64,000 nucleotides of DNA from the NCBI GenBank assembly GCA_030620115.1, contig JAUXFG010000001.1:9677-73676 (forward strand). The letters are read 5' to 3'. Made by a program: the position numbers and the translations under genes. Below are positions 19,097 to 27,390 of this stretch, piece by piece (the stretch's first letter is position 1; each line of letters begins with the position of its first letter). Below the pieces are notes generated by a model. It made no database searches and was not told the DNA's origin. It saw only the letters and a program-made list of their open reading frames with translations. This DNA comes from Candidatus Fermentibacterota bacterium. Its GTDB lineage: Bacteria > JAFGKV01.

Positions 19097-20788
19097 GTGC
19101 TCAAGAAGCTCCTCATACGTAGCTTCCGTGTCGTAGAAAGCCTGGCTTTCGAGCCAGGAGGAGGACTCAACGTCATCACAGGCGAGACCGGAGCCGGTAA
19201 ATCGCTTTTGGTGGGAGCATTGGAAGCTGCTTTGGGAAGTGAAGTCACCAAAGACGATGTCCGTGATCTCGCCGAGACTGCTGCAATCGTGGCGGAGTTC
19301 GAGATTGCTCCCGACTCGCATGCATTCACCAAACTCAATGAGCTGATTCCAGGATGGCAGGGGCCAAGTCTGGTGATGGAGCGGCGAATCCACTCGAGCA
19401 GCCGAAGCTCATGCCGTGTACAAGGGAAGCAGGTGAGCCGAGAATTCCTCTCCAGGGCGGGGGCATGGCTGGTTGATTTCCATGGGCAACATTCACACCA
19501 GCTCCTGTTGACACCATCATCGCAGCTCGAGATCCTTGATGAGTTCGCGGGGTTTGGGCCCAAACGAGAAGTGGTGGCACAAGCGCACAAACGCTGGCAG
19601 GAGTTGAAACGGCTTGTTCAGGAACGCAAGGCCTGGCTCGAGAGAGCCCGCAGGGAGCGAGAGGAACGAGCCTTCCAGTTGGCAGAGCTGCGTCAGTTGA
19701 ATCTCCGCCATGGTGAGAGAGCGGAGCTGGAGAAGGATCTGAAGATCCTCGCCACTGGGCAGGATTGGAAGGAGACCTGCATCCGCGCTCGGCAAACCCT
19801 CATGGAGGAAGATGGATCCGTGGCGGAGAGGCTCGTGCACATCAGTCGTGACCTCGAGGCACTTGGAGCTCATTTCCCCGAACTCAAGAGTGGGCTTGTG
19901 GGGCTTGAGTCATCGATAGTGGAGATCCAGGAGTTCACCGACGTAATCCGCCATATCGGTGAACGCTTGACCGTGGATCCGGCGAGGCAGAGTGAGATCG
20001 AAGAGCGGCTCGCCGCGCTCATTGGCCTCGAAAAGCGATTTGGACGAGACGAAGCGGGTCTTATCGAACTGCGGCAGGAACTGGAGCATGCTGCTGATGT
20101 GCTAACCAGAGCAGACGAGGATTTGCGGGCCTTGGAGATTGAACTGGAGGGTTCGAGGAATACGCTGGAGGAGCAGGCAGCCGAATTGAGCATGGGAAGA
20201 CTCAGGGCTGCGGAGCAATTTGTCCCGAGGGTGGAGGCAGAGCTTGCGCTTCTGGGCCTGGAACGAGCGCGTCTTATCGTTCGCCTCGAACCATTGCCGG
20301 TACGTGATGGTTTTGCAGGTGACGGGAGCGGCAAGGAACGGGCTATGCTTCTCTTCTCTTCGGCACTAGAGGAGGAGCCTAAGGAGCTGGCTCGGGTAGC
20401 CAGCGGAGGCGAGCTCTCGAGAATCATGCTTGCCTTGAAGACCGTTCTTGGCGATTCCGATCCAGTTGGCGCCATGGTGTTTGACGAAATCGACACAGGC
20501 GTCGGAGGAGGGTTGGCGGCGGTTGTGGGGGAGCGTTTGCAGGCATTGGGCGCCGAGCGCCAGGTTATCTGCATTACCCACTTGGCCCCAGTGGCCAGCC
20601 GAGCGGCTCATCATTTCGTGGTGGAAAAGGACGTACGAGAACGGGTCTCTATTCAGATCAGGAGGCTCTCTCCCGAAAAGAGGATCAACGAAGTTGCACG
20701 GATGCTTGGCGGTTTTCCGCTATCCGATGAGGCATTGCGCCACGCCGAGGCTCTTCTTGACAAGACTCCCCAAGGAGGTTCCCAGTGA
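19097..20788 (+). CDS. recN: DNA repair protein RecN
   Basis: Walker A GETGAGKSLL, a long coiled coil, and a C-terminal signature. GTG start. Confidence 0.9.
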   Translation: MLKKLLIRSFRVVESLAFEPGGGLNVITGETGAGKSLLVGALEAALGSEVTKDDVRDLAETAAIVAEFEIAPDSHAFTKLNELIPGWQGPSLVMERRIHSSSRSSCRVQGKQVSREFLSRAGAWLVDFHGQHSHQLLLTPSSQLEILDEFAGFGPKREVVAQAHKRWQELKRLVQERKAWLERARREREERAFQLAELRQLNLRHGERAELEKDLKILATGQDWKETCIRARQTLMEEDGSVAERLVHISRDLEALGAHFPELKSGLVGLESSIVEIQEFTDVIRHIGERLTVDPARQSEIEERLAALIGLEKRFGRDEAGLIELRQELEHAADVLTRADEDLRALEIELEGSRNTLEEQAAELSMGRLRAAEQFVPRVEAELALLGLERARLIVRLEPLPVRDGFAGDGSGKERAMLLFSSALEEEPKELARVASGGELSRIMLALKTVLGDSDPVGAMVFDEIDTGVGGGLAAVVGERLQALGAERQVICITHLAPVASRAAHHFVVEKDVRERVSIQIRRLSPEKRINEVARMLGGFPLSDEALRHAEALLDKTPQGGSQ

Positions 20789-21870
20789 GGATCTTGCGTA
20801 ACGATTGGATGGATGTGATCTCCGCCGCCAGCCTCGGGCTCAGGGTGAGGAAGTGGGCAGTGGCGCTACCGGGTGTGGCGGCCGGATTCGTCTGGTGGGG
20901 AGTGTTTGGCTATGTCGCCCTCCTCGTTCAGGGATGGTCGTTTGCGCAGATCTGGCGTGTCTTCGGTCCCCTACCATGGATGACAAAAATGACGCTGGGA
21001 GGTCCAATCGGAACGCTGTTGTGGCTAGTGGCGGACATAGGTTCCGTGGCTGCCTGGCTTCTGGCTTCGGCCGCCATCGCGAAGATTACCTACGAGCAGC
21101 TCAAGGGCAATGAGTTCGTGAGCTGGACGGAAGCATGGACATTCTCATTGTCGCGGTGGAAAGCGCTGATCCTTACCCCCTTCACGCTGCTGGTGGGTGC
21201 AGGCCTTGCCCTGTTCTTTCTTTGGATCATATCTCTACTGGTGGGGGCGTGGCAACCGTTGGCGGGGATACTCTTCGTGTTCGCCTTGCCTGCCGCCGCA
21301 GCGCTTCTCTATATCTGTATGCTCAGTTGCCTGGCGGTTGTCATGGGGCCTGCAGTGGTTGCCAGCAGCAACAGCCTTACCCTCGAGACACTCTTCGAGA
21401 TTCTCAGTCTCCATGCGAGTCAGGGGCGAAGGAGTTGGTTCTATTCGTTGCTCTCCGGCCTTCTGGCCTCGATTCATACCGCTGCTCTGGGACTGTTCCT
21501 CGCAGTGGCGTCGTTGTTTTCGACTTGGGTCTTGGATCTGGGGCATGGGGGTATGGTGGGCCGCATGTTCAAAGCCGCGTCGGCCTGCACACCGCGGATC
21601 GCTGCGGCGATCAACGGGGTGCCGGGGTTCTTCGAATCAGTGACTCATGCAGGAGGAGTGGGCTCCCGTGTGCCTCAGAGTTATGCGCTGCTTGCAGAAC
21701 CTATCTCGTTGGGCACGGGTCTTTTGGCATTCTGGTTGCTCGTCTTGTTTTTTCTGTTAGGAGCACAGTTTGTCACGACATACACTACATGCAGTACCAC
21801 TTCATACATCGTACTCAGGCAGCTGAAGGATGAACAGAACTTGCTTGAGGAAGATCTCGGGGATGAGTAG
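20785..21870 (+). CDS. polytopic membrane protein, hypothetical
   Basis: 361 aa with at least 7 predicted TM helices and no recognised motif. Confidence 0.45.
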   Translation: MRILRNDWMDVISAASLGLRVRKWAVALPGVAAGFVWWGVFGYVALLVQGWSFAQIWRVFGPLPWMTKMTLGGPIGTLLWLVADIGSVAAWLLASAAIAKITYEQLKGNEFVSWTEAWTFSLSRWKALILTPFTLLVGAGLALFFLWIISLLVGAWQPLAGILFVFALPAAAALLYICMLSCLAVVMGPAVVASSNSLTLETLFEILSLHASQGRRSWFYSLLSGLLASIHTAALGLFLAVASLFSTWVLDLGHGGMVGRMFKAASACTPRIAAAINGVPGFFESVTHAGGVGSRVPQSYALLAEPISLGTGLLAFWLLVLFFLLGAQFVTTYTTCSTTSYIVLRQLKDEQNLLEEDLGDE

Positions 21871-21903
21871 CATCACGTTTCCTTGAGAGCCGAGGCGAGT
21901 GCC

Positions 21904-22410
21904 ATGTACTATCTGGTCGATGGTTCCAACCTGCTGGGCGCCATGAACGAGCTTGGTTCTCGCGGTGCGGAGATATCACTTCTTGCGAGAATCGACCGTT
22001 TCTGCCAGGCGCGACGGCATCGTGCACTGGTGGCGTTCGATGGCATGGAGAATCATGAGCCAGGAAGGAAGTTCGGTTTCGGAGCACGTGTCACCGTCTG
22101 TATTGCTCCGGGACGAGGGGGGAAGGACCGCGCCGACCGTCTACTCTTGGCTCGATTGAAGGAGCGGAAAGACACCCAGGGAGTCTGCCTTATTTCCAGT
22201 GATCGTGTTCTTGCGGCTCTCGTCCGCGTCACGGGGGCAGAGGTGATGGGGAGCCGGGAATTCGCCGATATGCTTCAGCAAAGGCTCGCCAGAGCTACTG
22301 ATGATTCTGAAAAAGAACACGCCATACGAGGAATCGACAATTCGGAGTTCCGCCGTTTGTGGGGCTCTTCCGCGCCGGATAGATCCAGGGACCAGGGCGT
22401 GGGGGACTGA
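21904..22410 (+). CDS. NYN-domain (YacP/Rae1-like) putative RNase
   Basis: MYYLVDGSNLLGA ... ALVAFDG ... VCLISSDR pattern of NYN/PIN-like nucleases. Confidence 0.5.
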   Translation: MYYLVDGSNLLGAMNELGSRGAEISLLARIDRFCQARRHRALVAFDGMENHEPGRKFGFGARVTVCIAPGRGGKDRADRLLLARLKERKDTQGVCLISSDRVLAALVRVTGAEVMGSREFADMLQQRLARATDDSEKEHAIRGIDNSEFRRLWGSSAPDRSRDQGVGD

Positions 22411-22415
22411 TTGCC

Positions 22416-22910
22416 TTGGCTTGTCTTTACGAGAAAAAAGAGAAGCCTCAAACAGGTGGGTCTGCGAGCCACCCCGAAGACTCAGTGGCCATGGTCGTGG
22501 AACTCACCTTTGGTGCAGTGCGCATGGCGGCCTCTGCAGTGCGAGGCATCGCCGAACTGATGCTGGATCAAGAACAAGGTCAGCAGCTGGAAGTCGTGGT
22601 CGCCGAGGTAGGGAACAACATCATCCTGCACGGCATGGGAGACATGCAGAACCCGCCTGGTCATACATTCACCATCACGGTGACAGGCCGAGATGGGAAG
22701 CTCACCTTGATCTTCGAAGACGAGGGCCCCCCATTTGACCTGGCAGCAGCCCGGCCTGGGACGCCGGAAGAGAGTGTTGCGCAGGGAGGAGGCGGCCTTG
22801 GGATTTTCATCGTTCGACAGGTGATGGACGAGTTGTCCTACACAAGGAAGGGCACGAGAAACAGGCTGACGTTGGTGAAGTATGGGGCGCCGGCGGAAGA
22901 TGCTTCATAG
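22416..22910 (+). CDS. HATPase_c-type ATP-binding protein (anti-sigma regulatory factor / RsbW-SpoIIAB-like)
   Basis: VAEVGNNIILHG...TGRDGKLTLIFEDEGPPFD...GGGGLGIFIVRQVMDE, i.e. N-box and G-box of GHKL kinases. The start is uncertain (possibly the Met at 22491). Confidence 0.5.
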   Translation: MACLYEKKEKPQTGGSASHPEDSVAMVVELTFGAVRMAASAVRGIAELMLDQEQGQQLEVVVAEVGNNIILHGMGDMQNPPGHTFTITVTGRDGKLTLIFEDEGPPFDLAAARPGTPEESVAQGGGGLGIFIVRQVMDELSYTRKGTRNRLTLVKYGAPAEDAS

Positions 22911-23165
22911 GCCCCACGAAGGGTATAGGCTTCTTCCGAGACTATGCTCGGAAGAAGAAACGTCGAACATCCAACATTCAACGTCCAACATCGAAGTAGG
23001 AGCCTGGATTGGATCCGTCGGCTGGGGGATAGGTTTCTTTCGAGACTACGTATGGAAAAAAAACGTCGAAGATCGAACGCCGAAGTGGGGCGCTTCCTTC
23101 ATCCGTCCTCAGTCATCACTCTATCCCCGCCACTGCGGGGTTGGTGAACTCGCACTACCAATCGT

Positions 23166-23972
23166 CTAATCTACTGTATCGTTTCCCAAGATGGCATTTG
23201 CGATGCGCCTGATGGAAAAGGTTTTTATGCGGCGAGGGGAAGGGACAAGCAGGCGGATATCTTCTCCTCTGAGGATCATGCGAGGAAGCGTCTCAGAGAT
23301 CACATGGAAGTACTCCTCACCCCCCAGCTTGACAACCTTTTTCACAGCGTCCTTCCAAAGACGGACCCTTGAGGAGGGACCATGCAGGTCAGAGCCGAGA
23401 AGGTGAACCAGATGATTCCTTATCAGCAGTTCAGCGAATCTCTGGACATCAGAGCCATGCAGCCCAAAAAGGCTGGCGATGTCGAGCTGAGCGAGGATGC
23501 CTTTGCAGTACCACGATCGGATCTCCTCAGTATCTCTGTGGAGCAGGTAGTATCGCGCTGGATGGGCCACAATAGGAGTTATGCCTGATTCAACCATGTG
23601 TTCGAGTACGCTCATGGAGAACCATGGAATCTCATGCAGAGGAAACTCTACGAGAGCGTATGTGTGCTGATCCGCGATGGTGAGAAGATCGCCCTTGAGG
23701 AGTCGTTCGGTCATTCCTTGGTGAACCATGATTTCGCATCCGGGAATGAGCCGTATCACGATTCCCGCATCATCCAATGTCTGCTGGAGATCCCTGGTCG
23801 CAGAGAGCAGCATGTCAGGCGTGAGCTCATAGTGCCCCGGAAGGTAATGGGAGCTTGCGACCAGCGTCTGGATACCTTGCTCAACAAGTGCCCTGGCCGC
23901 CTGGAGGGCCTCTTCTGTGGTGGCACACCCGTCATCCATACCGGGAAGAATATGAGAATGGAAGTCTATCAC
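23166..23972 (-). CDS. Mn-dependent protein-tyrosine phosphatase, CpsB/YwqE (PHP-domain) family
   Basis: MIDFHSHILPGMDDG N-terminal signature with conserved His/Asp of the PHP fold. Confidence 0.8.
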   Translation of the reverse strand: MIDFHSHILPGMDDGCATTEEALQAARALVEQGIQTLVASSHYLPGHYELTPDMLLSATRDLQQTLDDAGIVIRLIPGCEIMVHQGMTERLLKGDLLTIADQHTYALVEFPLHEIPWFSMSVLEHMVESGITPIVAHPARYYLLHRDTEEIRSWYCKGILAQLDIASLFGLHGSDVQRFAELLIRNHLVHLLGSDLHGPSSRVRLWKDAVKKVVKLGGEEYFHVISETLPRMILRGEDIRLLVPSPRRIKTFSIRRIANAILGNDTVD

Positions 23973-24061
23973 CTGCTGCTCCAGAAGGGGCCTACGAAAA
24001 ATCCAAACAAGTAAGAGCGCGCCTGTGGGTGGTCAACCTGGACAGGAATTGCGAATGAGGA

Positions 24062-24217
24062 ATGTGAAATCTGATAATCTGGAATCTGCAATCTGGAATC
24101 TGGGGAAAGGGGAGAGATTCTTCGCTCCTGTCGGTCGCTCAGAATGACAGGGGTGTGGTACGAACAGATGTGGCACTGTGTGTCATTCTGAGGAAGCGGA
24201 GCGACCGAAGAATCTGG
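24062..24217. repeat. family H composite repeat, copy 3 (gaatctg tandem units plus the CAGAATGACA hairpin element)
   Basis: aatctgataatctggaatctgcaatctggaatctg followed by gagagattcttcgctcc...GTCGCTCAGAATGACAG...TGTCATTCTGAGGAAGCGGAGCGACcgaagaatctg. Confidence 0.7.
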
Positions 24218-24404
24218 GTGGGGGGAAGGCGGGAATTGAGGAATGCGGGAAGCTCGTGAGCTATTGAGCCCTTCGACTTTGCTCAGGACAGGCTGATAAG
24301 CTGTTGAGCGGGGATGGGAAGGGAAGATTGCTGGAATGGATTGGGATTCTTTGGCACATAAGACGTCATCCGCCAAAAAATTGTAACATTCCCGATGCGT
24401 CAGA

Positions 24405-25664
24405 TTACCCCTCCTTGGCCGCATATTCCTCGTACATCCAGCGATGCCCGTGCAGAGCCCTCAGTGCTTGCTTCGCATATATATTGTAGGGCTCGTCGAT
24501 GAGTATTCTCCGAAAGACTTGTTCGATTGTCTTTTTCTTGCCCGATCTGCGGCCGATCTCGGCCAAGATCTCGTAGACCCTCCATTGGCGCTTATTCACC
24601 GCCAGGAATCGTGTGGCGATCTCCTCTGCCTTGTACATGTTGCCGCCTTCATAGTACATGGTCATTACCCGTATCCACAGTTCCCAGTGGCTCTCCCAGT
24701 ATTCCGCGAGCTGCTCATACTCTCGTGCCGCCTCCAACATCATCCCCCGCCCCTCATACCCCATCCCTGCTTGGAGATGACCCACATTGAAGATCTGCTC
24801 CCGGTGTTCGGGTTTCATGAAACAGAGAGCCGACAGCAGGAGGGACGCCGCCAGAAGTACTCCGGCGCCCTTGAGAATTACCCGTTCCCTTCTGCGGACC
24901 ATTCCATGGGCTGCGATGGCTGCCACGGCAGTCAGGGAAAAGGCAAAAAAGACCTCCCCGACCTCATCGTCTGTTGCGGTAATCGGTGCACTCATGAGCC
25001 AGGCCCCCACTGCGAAGCCGGTGGCTGCACCAAAGCTGGGAACCGGAATGCCGAGTCGATAGAGAAGGCGCCCCAGGGGCTTGATGGCCCACGCGAGCAG
25101 AGGGACACCGACACCATAGATGAGCATGAAAAGGGCGCCCATGCGCCGTGGTTGCATCCACGGAGAAGAAATATTGTGGAGTGTTACCTCCATCTGTACG
25201 TTTCGTTGGAGAAAGTACTCGGGGGGGGTGAAGCCGAAGATCCGTTGTCCCCAACTGATTTCTTCCCCGGCTACGAAGAAGCTGAAAGCCGCCATGGCGC
25301 CGCAAAAGAGCATCCCAAGCCATTGGCGTTTCCGGGAGCGCCGGAAAGAGCTTCTCCCCCATAACAAGGCGCCCCACATGAGCGTCAGGAAGCCAAACCA
25401 TTCCGGTGGCGTATCCTCCATGAGCATATAACCATAGAGGGCAGGGAAGAAGAAGAGGAGTCCGCCGAACATGAGCACCAGGAGGCCGTTGACCAGAAGC
25501 TCGGGCCTTCCGAAGCGCCGGGTATCATATGATTGGTTTCCTGTGGCGAGTTGCGAAGATTCCACCCGGTCAGGCTCCTGAGACAAGAGATGTAGAGCTT
25601 TTCCCCTTCGATGCCCCCAACTTACACGAAAGCCGTGAATTGGGAAGATCCATCCATGGCACAC
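24405..25664 (-). CDS. membrane protein with C-terminal TPR-like domain, hypothetical
   Basis: Several TM helices and a conserved EEISWGQRIFGF loop, then helical repeats. The start is uncertain. Confidence 0.45.
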   Translation of the reverse strand: MCHGWIFPIHGFRVSWGHRRGKALHLLSQEPDRVESSQLATGNQSYDTRRFGRPELLVNGLLVLMFGGLLFFFPALYGYMLMEDTPPEWFGFLTLMWGALLWGRSSFRRSRKRQWLGMLFCGAMAAFSFFVAGEEISWGQRIFGFTPPEYFLQRNVQMEVTLHNISSPWMQPRRMGALFMLIYGVGVPLLAWAIKPLGRLLYRLGIPVPSFGAATGFAVGAWLMSAPITATDDEVGEVFFAFSLTAVAAIAAHGMVRRRERVILKGAGVLLAASLLLSALCFMKPEHREQIFNVGHLQAGMGYEGRGMMLEAAREYEQLAEYWESHWELWIRVMTMYYEGGNMYKAEEIATRFLAVNKRQWRVYEILAEIGRRSGKKKTIEQVFRRILIDEPYNIYAKQALRALHGHRWMYEEYAAKEG

Positions 25665-25756
25665 GGCGGGGCTGAAGCTGATACTGTGTGAGAAGGGCCT
25701 CGATCGGAGCGATTGCGGCGAAGGGCAGAATTTGCGTATGTTGCCCGCTCAGCGTT

Positions 25757-25900
25757 AGCCCGGACTTCTCACCGGCTTTCGTCGCGAAACCGTCGAGATG
25801 GTTCTGGCTGCGAGGCTTGCGACTGAGGACCCCGCAGGCGTATCCACTGTCCCGCGTCGGACGCGGGACTGCAGCCGAAAGCTGGTGAGAAGTTCGGGTT
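25757..25900. repeat. family R (REP-like) palindromic repeat, copy 1
   Basis: Contains gcttgcgactgaggaccccgcaggcgtatccactgtCCCGCGtcggaCGCGGGac. Its ends (ccggacttctcaccggctttcg / cgaaagctggtgagaagttcgg) are themselves inverted. Confidence 0.7.
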
Positions 25901-25911
25901 AGGAGGAATCA

Positions 25912-27036
25912 GTGAGCACACGCCGCGCAAGAATTGCCATCAAGAACCTCTGTTTCTCGATACTGCCTGCGCTTGTTCTTTTCGTGGGAGCGGAGGTGGC
26001 TCTTCGGCTTATTGCGCCTTTTTGGATGGAGTGTGTGCGGACCAGAGCTTGCCCGGCACATGATCACAGGCCTCTGAATCTTACCGAACAGGGACACAAT
26101 TTCAGTCTCGAGACGCATGAACCATTGTTCGTATACCATCCACGATTTTTCTGGTGGCCACGATCATATGTGCAAGGGACGTTCTGGTCGACGCCGGATG
26201 TGAAGACCAACAGGTTCGGGCTGCGAGATGATGAGGTCGACATGTCTCCCGGGAGGAGGAACATCCTGTTCGTTGGTGATTCGGTGGTGTGGGGTAGCCT
26301 GGTCTATCAGGAGGACCGATTCACGGAGAAGACGCACGCCATTCTTCAAAGCCAGCCTGAGTTCAGGGACGTCCAACTCATCAATGCAGGAGTTCTCGGC
26401 TTCTCCACCTTTCAGGTACGCACCTACCTCAAGGAAGAGGGGCTGGACCGATTCAAGCCTGAGGTTGTGGTCATTTGCGCGGGGATAAACGACAACTGGC
26501 CGTTCTCCATGTGCGACCGGGAGATCTATGCTCGTAATATGCGACTTGGCAACAGACTGAGGCGGTGGTGCATGCGGTCGGACCTCTTTCTATTGCTCGA
26601 CAGGTACGTCAATGAGCTGGCGTTGTGGGCGCGAACCGGGGAGAACCCTCAAGGATTCACATTCCTGTTCCGGGAATCGTCAGGGAAGAAGACGGTTCTT
26701 CGGAATCAACCCCATCAGACCGAGCAGAACTTGAGGGAGGCCGGCGCACTGATCGAAGCGTCGGGAGCCCGGGTCGTCATCGTGTTGGAGGACATACGCG
26801 CCCGACAACCCGGAGGTTTCGCTACGCGAAGCTTCAAGGCCGCAAGATCGAGGATCAGGCAGCTTGCCGCGCATGCGGGGTGGCCGGTCATCGAAATCGC
26901 CAAGCTCGGTCAACCCCCGATCGAGATGAAGGTGAATGACTATCTCATTGATTTTTGTCATTTACACCCGAGAGGGCACGAAGTGGTGGGGAGATGGCTG
27001 GCGGATGTGTTGACGGGAATGCTGCAAGAAGACTAA
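25912..27036 (+). CDS. membrane-anchored SGNH/GDSL-family hydrolase (paralog 1)
   Basis: N-terminal TM helix, a WMECVRTRACP motif, block I FVGDSVVWG, block III GINDN and block V DFCHLHPRGHE. GTG start with an AGGAGG RBS. Confidence 0.7.
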   Translation: MSTRRARIAIKNLCFSILPALVLFVGAEVALRLIAPFWMECVRTRACPAHDHRPLNLTEQGHNFSLETHEPLFVYHPRFFWWPRSYVQGTFWSTPDVKTNRFGLRDDEVDMSPGRRNILFVGDSVVWGSLVYQEDRFTEKTHAILQSQPEFRDVQLINAGVLGFSTFQVRTYLKEEGLDRFKPEVVVICAGINDNWPFSMCDREIYARNMRLGNRLRRWCMRSDLFLLLDRYVNELALWARTGENPQGFTFLFRESSGKKTVLRNQPHQTEQNLREAGALIEASGARVVIVLEDIRARQPGGFATRSFKAARSRIRQLAAHAGWPVIEIAKLGQPPIEMKVNDYLIDFCHLHPRGHEVVGRWLADVLTGMLQED

Positions 27037-27390
27037 CCCGAACTTCTCACCAGTTTTTGGCTGCAGTCCCGCGTCCGACGCGGGACAGTGGATACGCCTG
27101 CGGGGTCCTCAGTCGCAAGCCGAGCCCGGACCTCTCACCAGCTTCCTACCCCGCTGGAAGCGGGGCCGATATGGCTCTGTCTGCTGCGTTACGCTCCGTC
27201 AGCTTCCTCGATCCCGCGTCGGCCGCGGGACAGAGGATACGCCTGCGGGAGCCTCGGTCGCAAGCCTTGCAGCCACAACCATTTCTTCTGTCTCGCCACG
27301 GAAGCCGGCGAGAAGTCCGAGCTAACATTCAGAACCATTTCGGCCGTTTCGCTTCGAAAGCCGGTGAGAAGTCCGGCTTATCGAAGCTCC
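27034..27390. repeat. family R repeats, two tandem core copies in inverted orientation relative to copy 1
   Basis: 27067-27120 is the exact reverse complement of 25808-25861. A second core (CCCGCGtcggcCGCGGG) lies at ~27216. Arms ttctcacc / ggtgagaag are present. Confidence 0.7.

Noticed and set aside
22900-23165. A ~40-bp imperfect direct repeat (cttccgagactatgctcggaagaagaaacgtcgaacatc / ctttcgagactacgtatggaaaaaaaacgtcgaagatcg) and ORF 22882..23169
   Set aside because: This is intergenic repeat DNA between convergent genes. A related gaacatccaac segment recurs at ~54043 next to a family-H copy, so it is probably another minor repeat family rather than a gene.
24444-25364. 306-aa + strand ORF
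   Set aside because: Antisense to the 24405-25664 membrane protein. Low-complexity, Pro/Arg/His-rich translation.
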